A stretch of 64,000 nt of DNA, from NCBI RefSeq assembly GCF_006345805.1, contig NC_042997.1, positions 43,958,001 to 44,022,000 on the forward strand. The letters are read 5' to 3'. Position numbers and translations under genes: made by a program. Positions 48,825-62,239 of this stretch are shown piece after piece (position 1 is the first letter of the stretch; each line of letters opens with the position of its first letter). This stretch comes from Octopus sinensis. Its lineage: Eukaryota. The notes below the pieces were generated by a model, which did no database searches, had not been told where the DNA came from, and saw nothing but the letters and a program-made list of their open reading frames with translations.

Positions 48825-51023
48825 TAGGCGTCGGCAACCTAAACCAGGCCGCGGGCCACTGGGCCACATCTAGGTCACCTCGCGGGCCGCACCCCCCTCC
48901 CAATCCGAAAAAATAACAAGCACACAAACTCAATGATAATAAATGGAAATTGAATCTTTATTAAGACTTGCAGTAATCACAATGTGAAACGATTAATGTG
49001 AAGGCTGGTGATTCTTTGAAACAGATAGAGAGACAGTGTCCGACTTGATGAACGAGGAGGAGAACGTCTGGAAGATGAGCGTCCGTACGCTGTGCTCCCG
49101 TCTTGTCCTCCGTCAACTTCATGCGGCTGAACAGCTGCTCACAAGAGTATGCGGACCCGAACAATGAAGCTAAGCGCAGGGCCTCCCGAAAAAGAGCCGG
49201 GAAAGCACGGGAGGCGAGCATCAGAACTCCATGGGCGACACACGCGCTAACTTTGCACGGTGGCTCTCTGAGCACCGGAGCACAATGAGCTCCAGCTGAA
49301 GGTCGTCGGCCACTTCCACAGAATCCACATCAAAGGGAGCGGAGAATAGCTTGAGCATCTTCTCACAGGCGCGCACATCTTTGAAGCGCCTCTCGAACTC
49401 GCCTCGCAGCTCAGACAGGTCAGCAGCGTAGCGACGGCAGGCAGTGGGGGGTCGGGCGCAGCTCAGCCAAGCGGCCGAAGTGAGTAAATTTCCTCTGGTT
49501 GAACTGATGCTCCCACAGATGAAGTTTGCATTCGAATGCCTTCACCCGGGCGAAGAGGTCGGGTACCAAGATGTCTTTACCCTGCGGCTGGATGTTCAGC
49601 TCGTTTAGATGTCCAATAATGTCCACCAGGGACCTGAGGTCACACACCCATGCGGGATCCTCGAACTGACGGACAGGATTGCCCTTCTCTCGCAGGAAAG
49701 ACGCCAGCTCACCCCTCAAGTTGAAGATTCTCTCCAACATCTTTCCTCGGCTGAACCAACGGACCTCGCAGAAGTAGATCAGGTCGCCGAACTTTGCCTA
49801 AGCGCCATCCAAGAGAGCGCGGAACTGTTTGTGGTTGAGAGCATGGGTGCAAGCAAAGTTCACAGTCCTGACAACAACAGTCATGATCTCTGTAATGGTC
49901 ACAGACTTGGCACACAGAGCCTACTGGTGCACCAGACAGTAAAAGCGCTTCACATCCTGCTGGTGTCCAAAGCTGCGCAGGTACTTCACAAAGCTCTTTT
50001 TGTCCCCGACCATGGCGGGCACTCCGTCAGTCGTGATGCTGCGCATGCGAGAGAGATCCAGGTCGGCCTCCTTCAGCCAGTCTGTGACTACCTTGCACAC
50101 ATCGGCGCCAGTGGTGGTACCGCTGAGGGGGGTGAGCCTGATGAACTCCTCAAAGATGACGAAATCATCCCTGCCGCCGCGGAAGAAGATGGCAAGCTGA
50201 GCCGTGTCCTTGATGTCAGTCGACTCGTCCAAGGCGGCGATGGAGAAGAAGCGAGCAGACTGATACATGTCCTACGGGGTGCCCTGGACATCGGCGGCCA
50301 TCTCTACGCGACGGGTCATGGTCTTGGCAGACAGGCTGATGGCCTCAAACTCACTTGACTTGTCAGGACACACGTCCTTAACCACAGCCACCATGCATAC
50401 CTTGAATAATTCGCCATCGGTAAACGGCTTAAAGATGGTGGCCACAAGGTGTGCAACACGGTAGCTGGCCCGAGTGTTGCTCTCAGCAGCCGCTTCCGCC
50501 GAAGAGACGATCCTCTTCATGAGGGCACATTGCTTCTCCAGCTGGGCACTCAGACGCCCGAACTCTGCCTTCTTCTTCTTCTTGTCAGGCAACGCAGCTT
50601 GCTTGGGGTGCACCGAAGTGAAGTGACATCTTCTTGAAGGAGCGGTTCTCGTCCCACAGCTTCCTCTTCTCCGCAGGTTGGGTATCTCCAGCCATCTGAA
50701 ATAACGCAGAAAAATATTTATAACCAAGTCAATTGGAGTAGAAGCGAAAAATAACTTGTGATGCTATACTACAGTATCGGACAAAAGGACGATCTCTTCC
50801 TTCTCTCTAACTCTATCAGAATTCTTCTCCAAAGTTACGCTTATTCGGTGTCAGTATCATGAAAGTAGGACGCTGTTCCGGCTGGGGTGAAGACGGCCGC
50901 TAATTGGCTCTGTTAAATTTGCCGTCAGTTCAAAAACCCCAACGGGTCACAGGAAATGTCTCCCGGGCCGCACCTAATGGAAATCCGGACAAGGCGCCGC
51001 GGGCCGCAGGTTGCCGACGCCTG
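48825..51023 (-). mobile_element. hAT (GTF2IRD2/SPIN/Charlie-like) transposon, GC-rich, decayed transposase
   Basis: TIRs TAGGCGTCGGCAACCT / AGGTTGCCGACGCCTG and perfect 8-bp TSD GTTTAAGG (48817-48824, 51024-51031). Motifs KPFTDGE, ALDESTD..DTAQLAIF, TTDGVPAMVG, CLVHQ, EVRWFSRG, LFGSAYSCEQLFSRMK. Inserted in a family C SINE. Confidence 0.95.
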
Positions 51024-51429
51024 GTTTAAGGCATTGATAGAAGACACCTGTCCGAGATGTCGCGTAGTGAGACTGAATCCGAATCTAGGTGACTGCAAGG
51101 CAAGCTTCTTAACAACCACGGGACCGTGTCTATAAGCACACGATCATAACTGTGGAGAGTTGAGGAAAATCTCAGATAATGATCGACAATTTTTTCTGGT
51201 ATATTAGCAATTTAACTCAAGTGAAAACCACAAATCAAGACTGCATTCGTAGGTATAAAATTTTACAGACTTCATGCAAATAAATTACCCATTTTATAAT
51301 AATGGTTTCTTGCATGAGTACAATATCACATGTATTTTTGGGGAAACAAAACTGGCTACTGTGGCGTTCATGAATATTCTGAAGAACATTTGCTGCATGA
51401 GTAAGAGGAATTAAATTCACTGGATGGAT

Positions 51430-51811
51430 GGAAGCACTCCGTCGGTTACGACGACGAGGGTTCCGGTTGATCCGATCAACGGAACAGCCTGCTCGTGAAA
51501 TTAACGTGTAAGTGGCTGAGCACTCCACAGACACGTGTACCCCTAACGCAGTTCTTGGGGATATTCAGCGTGACACAGAGAGTGACAAGGCCGGCCCTTT
51601 GAAATACAGGTACAACAGAAACAGGAAGTAAGAGTGAGCGAAAGTTGTGGTGAAAGAGTACAGCAGGGATCACCACCATCCCCTGCCGAAGCATCGTGGA
51701 GCTTTAGGTGTTTTCGCTCAATAAACACTCACAACGCCCGGTCTGGGAATCGAAACCGCGATCCTACGACCGCGAGTCCGCTGCCCTAACCACTGGGCCA
51801 TTGCGCCTCTA
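51430..51811 (-). mobile_element. SINE family T, tail a
   Basis: Full-length copy. Confidence 0.85.
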
Positions 51812-52981
51812 CATTAAATTCACTACAGAAACGAAAACGAGGTCACGAACTTAGCTAACCAACGTTCACTGTTCAGGTTTCTCCTCCCGGATTAATGTAC
51901 TTAATAAGAATAGAACTGCTTTATTTATCATAAGCTAGAGTAGCAAACACAAATAGAAAAACTAAAATTAATATAAAACATAAACAAAATAATGATTACA
52001 TTTCCGAGATGAGTAGCTAATACGATCATCATTTTAATCTTAACATCAAAAAGGATTAAAAGGGGTATTACGTTTCGATCGCGGATCAAACCAATTAAAA
52101 CGTAATGTAGATTTAAATATTATTATATATGAAAACAAATCTCTGAAAAATAAGTATGGCTTTCCCATCTATTTAGTCTGTCATCCTACATTTCCGCTAA
52201 CTCCAAGCAAGCAAAATGATAAAATAATGAAAATGACACACCTCAAATTATTTTATCGTGTGATGAGTGTCTGATGTTTTTAAACTGATTTTTAAATATA
52301 GGCACACGACCTTAAATTTGAGGGCAGTTGGCTGGAGTATAGTTGTTAAGATCGGTGCAGAACTCAACTGATAATGAGACTCATTTTTATCGATACCGGA
52401 AAGATGAAAGTTCATAATACAGCATATGATAATATGTATCCTGCTAACGGACACTGCTGTAGAGAATCATGTTGTATCTGAACAATCAAAAATCAAGAAA
52501 CTTAGTTTCAATTTCTGGTTGAGATTAATTCCACTTTACGTCTGCTGCTCTCGCAAAAGTGCCGAACTTAAAACTGCGTATACAAGTTCCATGAAAAATA
52601 TAGGACTTTTTAAGAATTATGGAAAAAAGCCTTATATCTCCACAGAACCCCGACTTATCAGCAACACAAAGGAACAACAAATACAACTAACCGTCGCACT
52701 CAGGGCTAGATTTAGAGCTAGTTCGGCCCCCGGATATGGCTCATATTGGTCAGTATATAAATTCGGCACTGGTCATAACCAACGACATAAACATATCACG
52801 CGCACAGCATGAGAGCTCATATACAAGACAACCGCATATACAACACACGTAGAGAATATCATTCGTAGATGCAACATTTCGCCAACGGAAAGAAACAACA
52901 ATGATGTACAATAAGACATTAGACCCATAATGAAAAGCCCCAATCAAATCCCGCCAAAGTAGATTTTGTCTTTTGTCTTAC

Positions 52982-53055
52982 CTGTTTAATCTTGGGTATA
53001 TGCTGGAAGTGCTTTTTCTGTTCACCTTGCATGCAACTTGCCTTCGGACCCTTCG
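52982..53055 (-). CDS. candidate internal exon of an unidentified gene
   Basis: TATTTTACAG| 74 nt |GTAAGA. Two open frames (RRVRRQVACKVNRKSTSSIYPRLN or KGPKASCMQGEQKKHFQHIPKIKQ). No family recognised. Confidence 0.25.
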
Positions 53056-53129
53056 CTGTAAAATAGCCTCTTGGGGAGTCGTGTGTTAGGCTTTCGAACA
53101 AGGTGGCTTGCCCACCTGACTTGCGCTCT

Positions 53130-53400
53130 CCAACCCCGACACGTGGGAAACGCAAGTGCAAGACCTCCCTATCTGGTGAAGCCGCACTAACAGTAGTCCC
53201 ACCTCATACGAACAGAACACGGTTGCATGGGCACAAAGAAAACGCGAACTGCGCAAGTCCAGAGCCACCAGTGCTCAACCCGTGGCAGAGCCTTCCAGGC
53301 ACGCATCGGACTGATCGGTCACAGCCGGACACATCGTGTCCCGTCTTCTTCTCCTATGTGACGTCTTTGGTCATCGTCGACAGCGACGGACGAACTATGA
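53130..53400 (+). pseudogene. RTE-BovB-like LINE 3' end
   Basis: DTWETQVQD...RKRELRK and CSTRGRAFQARIGLIGHSRTH (C2H2-like end). Confidence 0.8.
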
Positions 53401-53849
53401 CCTAGTTAATAAAATAAAGTACTAGTTAAATATCTGGATCGATATAATCTGGTGTTTCTTCCTCTTCAAAATCTCTGGCTTTTTGCCCATCGTAAGAAAT
53501 CGTTTTTTTCCTTCCGCAGAATCGTTTTAGCGCATAACAAAACTCTTTATAGTATTTGTTCTGGCACTGAATATTCTGGGTTCAAACACCGCCGATATCA
53601 GCGTTCGGGATCGATTTGTCTACCCCACTATCCCTAAACCTCTGATCTTGTGTGTCACTGTTAAAAGCAATTATTAAAGTGCGGTGGATTGGCAGCATCG
53701 ATAGAGCGTCGAACAAAGTGTTTTGCGGTATTTCTTTGCCTTTCATCCTTTCGGAGCCGATGAAGTAAATATCAGTTGAGCATTGGGTCGATGTAATCGA
53801 GGAAACCTTTTCCCTAAACTTGCTGGCTTTATGCCAAAATTTGAAACCA

Positions 53850-54250
53850 TGACCTGGCAGAATCGTTAAGCACGCCGGGCGAAATGCTTTGCGGTATTTC
53901 GTCTGCTGCTACGTTCTGAGTTCAAATTCCGCCGAGGTCGAATTTGCCTTTCATCTTTTCGGGGTCAATTAAATAAGTACCAGTTACGCATTGGGCTCGA
54001 TATAATCGACTTAATCCGTTTATCTGTCCTTGTTTGTCCCCTCTGTCTTTAGCCCCTTGTGGGTAGTAAAGAAATAGGTATTTCGTCTGCCGTTACGTTC
54101 GGAGTTCAAATTCCGCCGAGGTCGACTTCGCCTTTTATCCTTTCGGGGTCAATAAATTAAGTACCAGTTACGCACTGGGGGTCGATGTAATCGACTTAAT
54201 CCGTTTGTTTGTCCCCTCTATGTTTAGCCCCTCGGGGGCAATAAAGAAAT
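53850..54250 (+). mobile_element. SINE family M, dimeric form
   Basis: Head + unit ending GGGTAGTAAAGAAATAG + unit ending GGGCAATAAAGAAATAAG. Older copies on both sides. Confidence 0.85.
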
Positions 54251-54978
54251 AAGAATCGTTTGCATGTCGGACAAAATGATGAACGTCATTTCTTCCGGCT
54301 CTTTGCGTTTTGAGTTCAAATGCCACCGAGGATGACTTTGCCTTTCATCTTTTCGGGGTCGATAAATAAAGTACCTGTTGATCACTGGAGTCAGCAATCG
54401 ACTAACCCCTTCCCCTAAAACGTCAGGCCATGTACTTATAGAAGAAAGGATTATTATTGTTAGTTGTTGTTGTTAATTAGCTCCAGTTAATCTTTGATCG
54501 GAAAGACTTAAAATCAATGGTGTTCTAACCATGACCATCTAGCCTTCACTCCGGATTGTATACATAGGACATCCCTTACTTATGATGGCAAAGTGTGATT
54601 TGAAGGGAATTTGGTTACTATTTTTAGCAGGGCGGGCATGTGACTGCGAAGACGCTCCCTTACTGGCTAAGGGATTGTATTAGTAGCTGATGAAGTATGA
54701 ATCACTATCAGGATTGGTAGAAGTGGAATGACTAGCTAGGTAGATTCAGAAGCCTCGTGACTAATTGCGTATGGCGTTTTAGTTTAAGCCCTTACAGCTT
54801 AGGCCACACATACGGAGCACTGCTTCCGATGTTAACAGCAAGGCAGCAATGTTATGGGCAGATCTGTTTCGCTGATGAGGTCAAAATATTAAAGTATATT
54901 TCGAGTTGTCTTCAGTACTAAGGAAATAACCAAACTTTTGCTAGTCAGTGACACTATTACTCTCTCTCTCTCTCTCTC

Positions 54979-55387
54979 TCTTTTACTCTTTTACTTGTTT
55001 CAGTCATTTGACTGCGGCCATGCTGGAGCACCACCTTTAGTCGAGCAAATCGACCCCGGGACTTATTCTTTGTAAGCCCAGTACTTATTCCATCGGTCTC
55101 ATTTGCCGAACCGCTAAGTGACGGGGACGTAAACACACCAGCATCGGTTGTCAAGCAATGCTAGGGGGACAAACACAGACACAAACACATACACACACAC
55201 ACATATATATATATACATATATAAGACAGGCTTCTTTCAGTTTCCGTCTACCAAATCCACTCACGAGGCATTGGTCGGCCCGGGGCTATAGCAGAAGACA
55301 CTTGCCCAAAATGCCACGCAGTGGGACTGAACCCGGAACCATGTGGTTGGTTAGCAAGCTACTTACCACACAGCCACTCCTGCGCCT
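54979..55387 (-). mobile_element. SINE family C, full length
   Basis: Reverse complement of 26850-27250. Confidence 0.85.
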
Positions 55388-55921
55388 ATTGCTGTCTTTT
55401 TTTTTTATTCTTCTTCACCTCATCGCACAAGTTTCTATCGTAAGCTTCTTAATACTTCCCGCATGTTGACATGAACATCGGTTGCTCGACGCAATCCGTT
55501 GTCTTAGCTTAACATCACCGCCTAGTCTTAATTGCAGTAAGCAGAGGTCACTCAGTCAGAGCCATTCAGAGCAAGGTCTTCTGTTTGAGGATAATTTTCT
55601 CCCTTCCTTCGACCAATGTCGGAGATCCTGAGAGAAAAAAAGGATGAGGTCATAGGGAGTGACCTTCCATCCCTGACTAAATTGAAAAAAAAAAAAAAAA
55701 AGATCTTCACAAAAGAATATAAATCAGAGCTTAAATAAAACAGTGAATGTTTGTCGATTCCCCCGTCTCATTATTTCGAAGTATGACTTGACGTAAAATA
55801 AAGTTAGGTTGGTTCGACAGTAAACTTCGTGGCGCAGTTTCGGCTTTTGGTTGTGTCCTTTCACTAAACTGTTACCCCTTTGTTTTCTCAACCTTTTATT
55901 TTGGGACAGTTGATAGCTCAC

Positions 55922-55954
55922 CATTGTAGTGACATTTACTTCTTGATGTTCCAT
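55922..55954 (-). CDS. candidate first coding exon MEHQEVNVTTM
   Basis: CTCCATGG start context, 11 codons, donor ATG|GTGAGC, in unique sequence. Confidence 0.2.
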
Positions 55955-56706
55955 GGAGCGTATCTCGCCAACGTAAAAGTGTTTTAAAATATATCAAAAG
56001 TGAAAGTGTTGTTTTTCTTAAAACAGTTCTTTTGTTAAGAACTGCAACCGTCTGATCCATATAGGCGACTCACGGCTGCGAATAGGCAGAAGCGTTAGCA
56101 CGCCGGACGAAATGCTTAGCCTTGTTTCGTCCGTTTTTACGTTCAGTGTTCAAATTCCGCCGAGGTAGACTTTGCCTTTCGTCCTTTCGAGATCGTACCA
56201 CTTGAATACTGGAGTCGATGCAATCCGCTAGAGCCCTCCCATCAATTTTCAGGTCTTCTGTCTATAATAGAAAGGATCATAATAGGGGACTCGAAGGCGG
56301 CGAGCTGGCAAAATTGTTAGAACGTCGTGGAAAAAACACAAAACAAAAATCTTGTTATTTATTCTGGCTCTTTATGTACGAGTTCAAATCTCGCCAAAGT
56401 CAACTTTGCTTTTCGTCCCTCTGGGGGCCATAAAATAGAGTACTAGTCTAGTATTGAGGCTGATGGTATCAACTAGTCTACTCTTCTTAAAACTGATAGC
56501 CTGGTGCCTCAATAAGAAACACAGAAACACGGGCAAAGCAATACAAAAGGGCCCCTACATGTGCACATACATTATTTAACTCGTGGGGTCCCTAGGTAAC
56601 TATCCAGTGGGCCCATTCCTCAAGAGAGCACCGCAGCCCTTACCTTAAAGGTAAAAGATTTTAAATAAATAAATGCATTCACATCACGTCTGTGTGTGTG
56701 TGTGTG

Positions 56707-57045
56707 AAGGCGCAATAGCCCAGTGGTTAGGGCAGCAGACTCGCGTTCGTAGGATCGCGGTTTCGATTCCCAGACCAGGCATTTGAGTGTTTATTGAGGC
56801 TCCGGCAGTGGGTGGTTGCGAACTCTGCTGTACTCTCTCACCACAACTTTCTCTCACTCTTTCTTCTTGTTTCTGTTGTACCTGTATTTCAAAGGGCCAG
56901 TCTTGTCACACTGAATCTCCCCAAGAACTACGTTAAGGGTCCACGTGTCTGTAGAGTGCTCAGCCACTTGCACATTAATTTCACGAGCAGGCTGTTCCGT
57001 TGATTGGATCAACTGGAACCTTCGCCATCGTAACCGACGGAGTGT
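56707..57045 (+). mobile_element. SINE family T, tail a, diverged
   Basis: Matches 18074-18456 with deletions. Confidence 0.8.
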
Positions 57046-57048
57046 CTC

Positions 57049-57127
<79 letters not shown>

Positions 57128-58205
57128 ACATATATATATGTTTTGATATGTGATATGTTGACTATAATTTCCTATAACCCTTTTAACCACTGAATTTCAA
57201 CAGTTTCACAACTTTGCGAAGAAATAACAGATTTCTTATCAGACCATTACTAAATGGATCAGTCGGTTTCGACGATGAAGATTCAGTTGTTCCATCAACT
57301 GAGTTACACAAATTACTGTGTAAGTGGTTGAGTATTCCAAAGACAGGTGTACCCTTAATGTAAATCTCAAGCATCATCTTAAATGTTGATTCTTTAATTA
57401 GAATATAGCCTCCACCTCAAGAGCCAGTGTCTTCGACGCTAACCAATAGAATTTCCTCTCGTTACTACCCTTAGTAAAGAGGTTTAATTGATTTTAACCC
57501 TTTCGTCTTCACAGTACACAGTTATATTTTCTGTCCGGATTTATAAAAGGAAAAAAAAAGTTTTAAGTAGTTGAAGCTATAATTAGTTGCGTTTTTAAAC
57601 GACAACGAAACATTTCCTTAATGACATAAACAGTTATTTGTGAACTAAGTTCGCATTCTAAAGCATTCATCCCACACCGTCAATACATTTGAGATATTTC
57701 AAGAGGATGATAGGAAAGCATGAACGCCAAAACCCATCATTCATATGTGTTTATACTTACATAAAAAACACTTCGTGTAAAATTAGGCAGTACTTTCTTG
57801 ATGTATCGAGTAGTTGTCCCACTTTCGATTCCCTATTTTCGGTTCGCCTAAATTGTCAATGAGGAGAAACAGAACACATTGTCACATTCCGCGCCCACCC
57901 CAACCATTTTCTCCTCAAAAAATGTGAAGATTTACGCATATGTTACTCATCATTACCATTATAACATCCATGCATATATATCGATTTCTAAGCCGTACAC
58001 CGACAGATGTGCGGGGAAGAAGAATGTGATTATGTGACACATGCAAACACTTGCCACTTATTAATATAAGTGAAAGGAAACAATTCCAACCAGCCAAAGA
58101 ATGAAGAGGGATTCGGTTCACCGCAAAACAAGCTCCGAAGAATGACAGGAGAAATTACACGAGCAAAAGTCTATATGAAAAACAAATGTTCCCCAGAACT
58201 TGACA

Positions 58206-58241
<36 letters not shown>

Positions 58242-60829
58242 AACACCTGAACTGTCCGTGATTGCGCAAAAAGAATTAAAAAACCAAAACTTCAACAAAG
58301 ATTAAGGTAGTTATTAAGCAAACTAATTTGTTAATTAAAACAGTGCTGTGACAGTGTAGCATCGCCTTCCTTCTTCTTCTGCTGTCAAAGACGGTGTGGA
58401 ATGGAATAATATATAAAAGAAACAAACAACAAGAACAACAAAGAACCAAAAAACAATTAGCGTAGATATATCGATGCAGTGATCTGAGAGAGAGACTTCT
58501 TGCAGTGAGCATTGCTTCCGCACTGGCGCAAATACCCAGTCACAATATAGTTCCCGGAAAAACGCAGTCGGTCGTTGAAGGATTCTGCTTTCGATATGAA
58601 ATCCCTGCTAGATTGTCTTTTTCGCTTAAATATAATGTATGTTTCTGTTTTCGTCTTCGCTCCGTATATTTTATTGTAACAGTGACCTTCAGCAGCATCT
58701 GTGATTAGTAGTTGTTGTAGTAGTAATAATAATATTATTAATAATAATAATAATTATTATTATTATTATTATTATTTAAAATAATGGTGATGAAGATGAT
58801 AATGAAATCATTGTCCCCACGAACTGATAACCCGTGTACGCGATACTAAAACCTTCATGTTCACCAGTGGTGTCTGTGTTCCTCGGTGTGTCTGTAACAC
58901 TTAGTCGTATCTTCCTCTGACGTGATGGTCGCAGCGAAAAACGAAAGTAACTGATCACTGGATTACTAAAATAATCTCATTTCACTGTTACACACACACA
59001 CCGATTCATAAATACACACACACGCACGCACACACACTTTCTTTGTGTATATACACATGTATACATGATATACATATGTGCGCGTGTATACATCTACATG
59101 TTTAAATAAACCTCCGTCAGATAGAACTGGGCATACAAAGAAGGTAAGTTTCCCCCTTACATGTTCATAGAGTCTTTTGTGGGAACAAGCATGCTTGTGT
59201 ACATCGTTATAAGTTTTTGAATGTCTCACATATATATCTAAAGAATTCACAGATCTCTACCCGATGTTTACTAGAGGACATACCATTATCTTCCTCTCGA
59301 TATTAGGAATTGTGAAATTAGACACATTTTTCTTTTCCTCTCATTCTCGCTATATTTATCTGTCTATCATGCGTGGATATTTTTTCTGTTCATTTTTGTT
59401 TTCTTTCTTTAGCAAGAATGAATGAATGAATGAATTTATATATCAGTGTGCATACGTATGCATATGTAAATTTATCATATAATGTGAGTACGCGCATGTG
59501 TGTATATATATATATATATATATGTATAATGTAGCAGGACACAGCATGCTAATACTGTTTTTGTTTGGTTAGTTGTATATCATCTCTCTGCCTCTCACAC
59601 ATAAATATAGTGACTGCTATATACCAAAATACATGCGTTCATACAAGGACAAAGCAGCAAATTCGTTTTTCTAACTTCTGTCTCTCTCTCTCTCCAATAA
59701 ACATAAAAATAGGTTTATTATTCATTTGCTACACTGCAAGCGTTTATTATACACGCAGCAAAACACGTTGTTAAGAATGACAATGTTTAGAAATTGGATA
59801 ATGTTTCGGCATTGTGTGTGTGTATACGCACAAAGCTAAAACATACACACACCGTTGTGGTATAATCCTTTACTCATCATCCACACAAACCATTTATTCT
59901 CATGCAATCACTTGCCCAAACACACGCACGCACTTGCATCTACCATGCATGTGTTAGGGTCTTCTCTCGCTTCTCAATATACCTTTCACAATCCATATCT
60001 AAAACATGATACAACGTTTTAGAAACCTCAGAGGCAATCTTATCAAAGTCGCCGAGGCCTTTGTTGTGCTCTGTGTGTGTTATATGAGTTGCATGTCAGC
60101 TGTTAAGTGTCTTTGAGTTAGTCACCACCACCACCATCGCCACCGCCACACAGCTTTATCACAATAGAATGGTGATTCGGTCGTGGTATCCCTTACTGAC
60201 TGACTATCTTTACGTCTCTTATCGTTTCACTGATACATCGTCACCTCACAATACAACACGCATGCAGAAAACAGTTTGCTACCCCTACACAATTTAGTAG
60301 AAAACGTGAAGTTGAGATTCAAACAAGATCGGAAACTTAAAAAAAAAATACAAACACATCTAGCCAATTTTGAGTCGGTATTTATCACCCTTTTTTTTCT
60401 CTTTTGTCGCGTATATATACTATATATATACTATATATATACTATATATTTATAAGTGTTATCAGATATAGAATTAGTGAACGGGCACATTAGTTATAAT
60501 ACTTGGTTGTGTCTCGGTTTCAAATTGATTTGCAGATGATGGAAAGCAACGTGGATAGATATTTTACATTTATTAGGTTTTTTTTTCTCTTCGTTTTGAG
60601 GAATAATTTATTTTTAGAATGGGTCTATTTATAGAAATTTATCTCAGCTATATAAACGATTTTCTACTCGGTTGAAAGAGGGTTAACTGGAACCTTGTAA
60701 TGTATTATGCGCTTGCAGCTCGAATTAGCAGTATTAAAATCAAGTGAAATGCTTTCAAACGTATTGAAATCGCTGCGTACATTTCCATAATATCACACAC
60801 ACACAGTATTTACGCCACTTTCCCCTTTC

Positions 60830-60857
60830 ATATATATATATATCAATGAACAGTGAA

Positions 60858-60946
<89 letters not shown>

Positions 60947-60951
60947 ACAAT

Positions 60952-60983
<32 letters not shown>

Positions 60984-61055
60984 ACAATATACATGTATAT
61001 TATATATATATATATATATATACAATATACATGTATATTATATATATATATATAT

Positions 61056-61087
<32 letters not shown>

Positions 61088-61099
61088 ACAATATACATG

Positions 61100-61138
<39 letters not shown>

Positions 61139-61145
61139 ATACATG

Positions 61146-61176
<31 letters not shown>

Positions 61177-61720
61177 CAATATACATGTATATTATATATA
61201 TATGATATATACAATACACATGTATAATATATATATATATTGTACATATATTATATATATATATATATTGTACATATATTTATATATATATATATTGTAC
61301 ATATATATATATTATATATATTGTACATATATATATATATATATTGTACATATATATATATATATATTGTACATATATATATATATACATACATATTGTA
61401 CATTTATATATATTATACATAAATATATTATACATATTGTATATATATTATACATATATATATTATATTATACATATATATATTATATATACATATTGTA
61501 TATTTATTATACATGTATATATATTATACATATATATATATTATACATATATATATTATATTATACATATTGTATATATATTATACATATATATTATATA
61601 TATATATATTATATATACATATTGTATACATATATTATACATATATATATATATTATATGTATGCATATATATATATATGTATATATATATATTATTTTT
61701 ATATATATATATAAATAATT
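60830..61720. repeat. (AT)n-derived compound micro/minisatellite
   Basis: About 900 bp, with recurrent CAATATACATGTAT and ATTGTACAT nodes. Confidence 0.95.
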
Positions 61721-62239
61721 TCATGTCTGTCTATCTACATTCTCTCTCTTTATATCTATATATATCTATATATATATATAGTCATAAGAGATAAAGATAT
61801 GTGTATATGCACATAGTAGATGAACATATAATGTCAACTCCAGAGTGCACTGAGTGCATTATTTTACTTGGCTCCAGCACTAAGAAGGTCACCAAGTAAC
61901 TTGCAAGACAAAGACATCTCGACTCGGAGTGGGAGTAGCATTGAGAGAGGTGCTATCTTGCCTGGTGACAAGTTGAAGTATGGTGGGACAGAAACAGAGG
62001 AGATGCCTGGCTGCCTCAGTGAGGGAGAGAGAGAGGGAGAGGGACGCTGGTGAAGATGTGTTGGTGCATACCCACAAGGGACCGGCAAAAGTAAGTGATG
62101 CAAAGGATTGGACAGAGTGAGTGTGCTGGTAAGGTTTGCAAGAGTGCAAAAAGGAGTGTGGAATAGAGGGGAGAGAAATGAGTTGTTGGGGGGGGGGTGA
62201 GACTCGCCAGGGACAGGTTTTGTGCAGAGCATAGATGCA

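Noticed and set aside
49609-50358. 249-aa plus-strand ORF
   Set aside because: Antisense shadow of the GC-rich hAT transposase.
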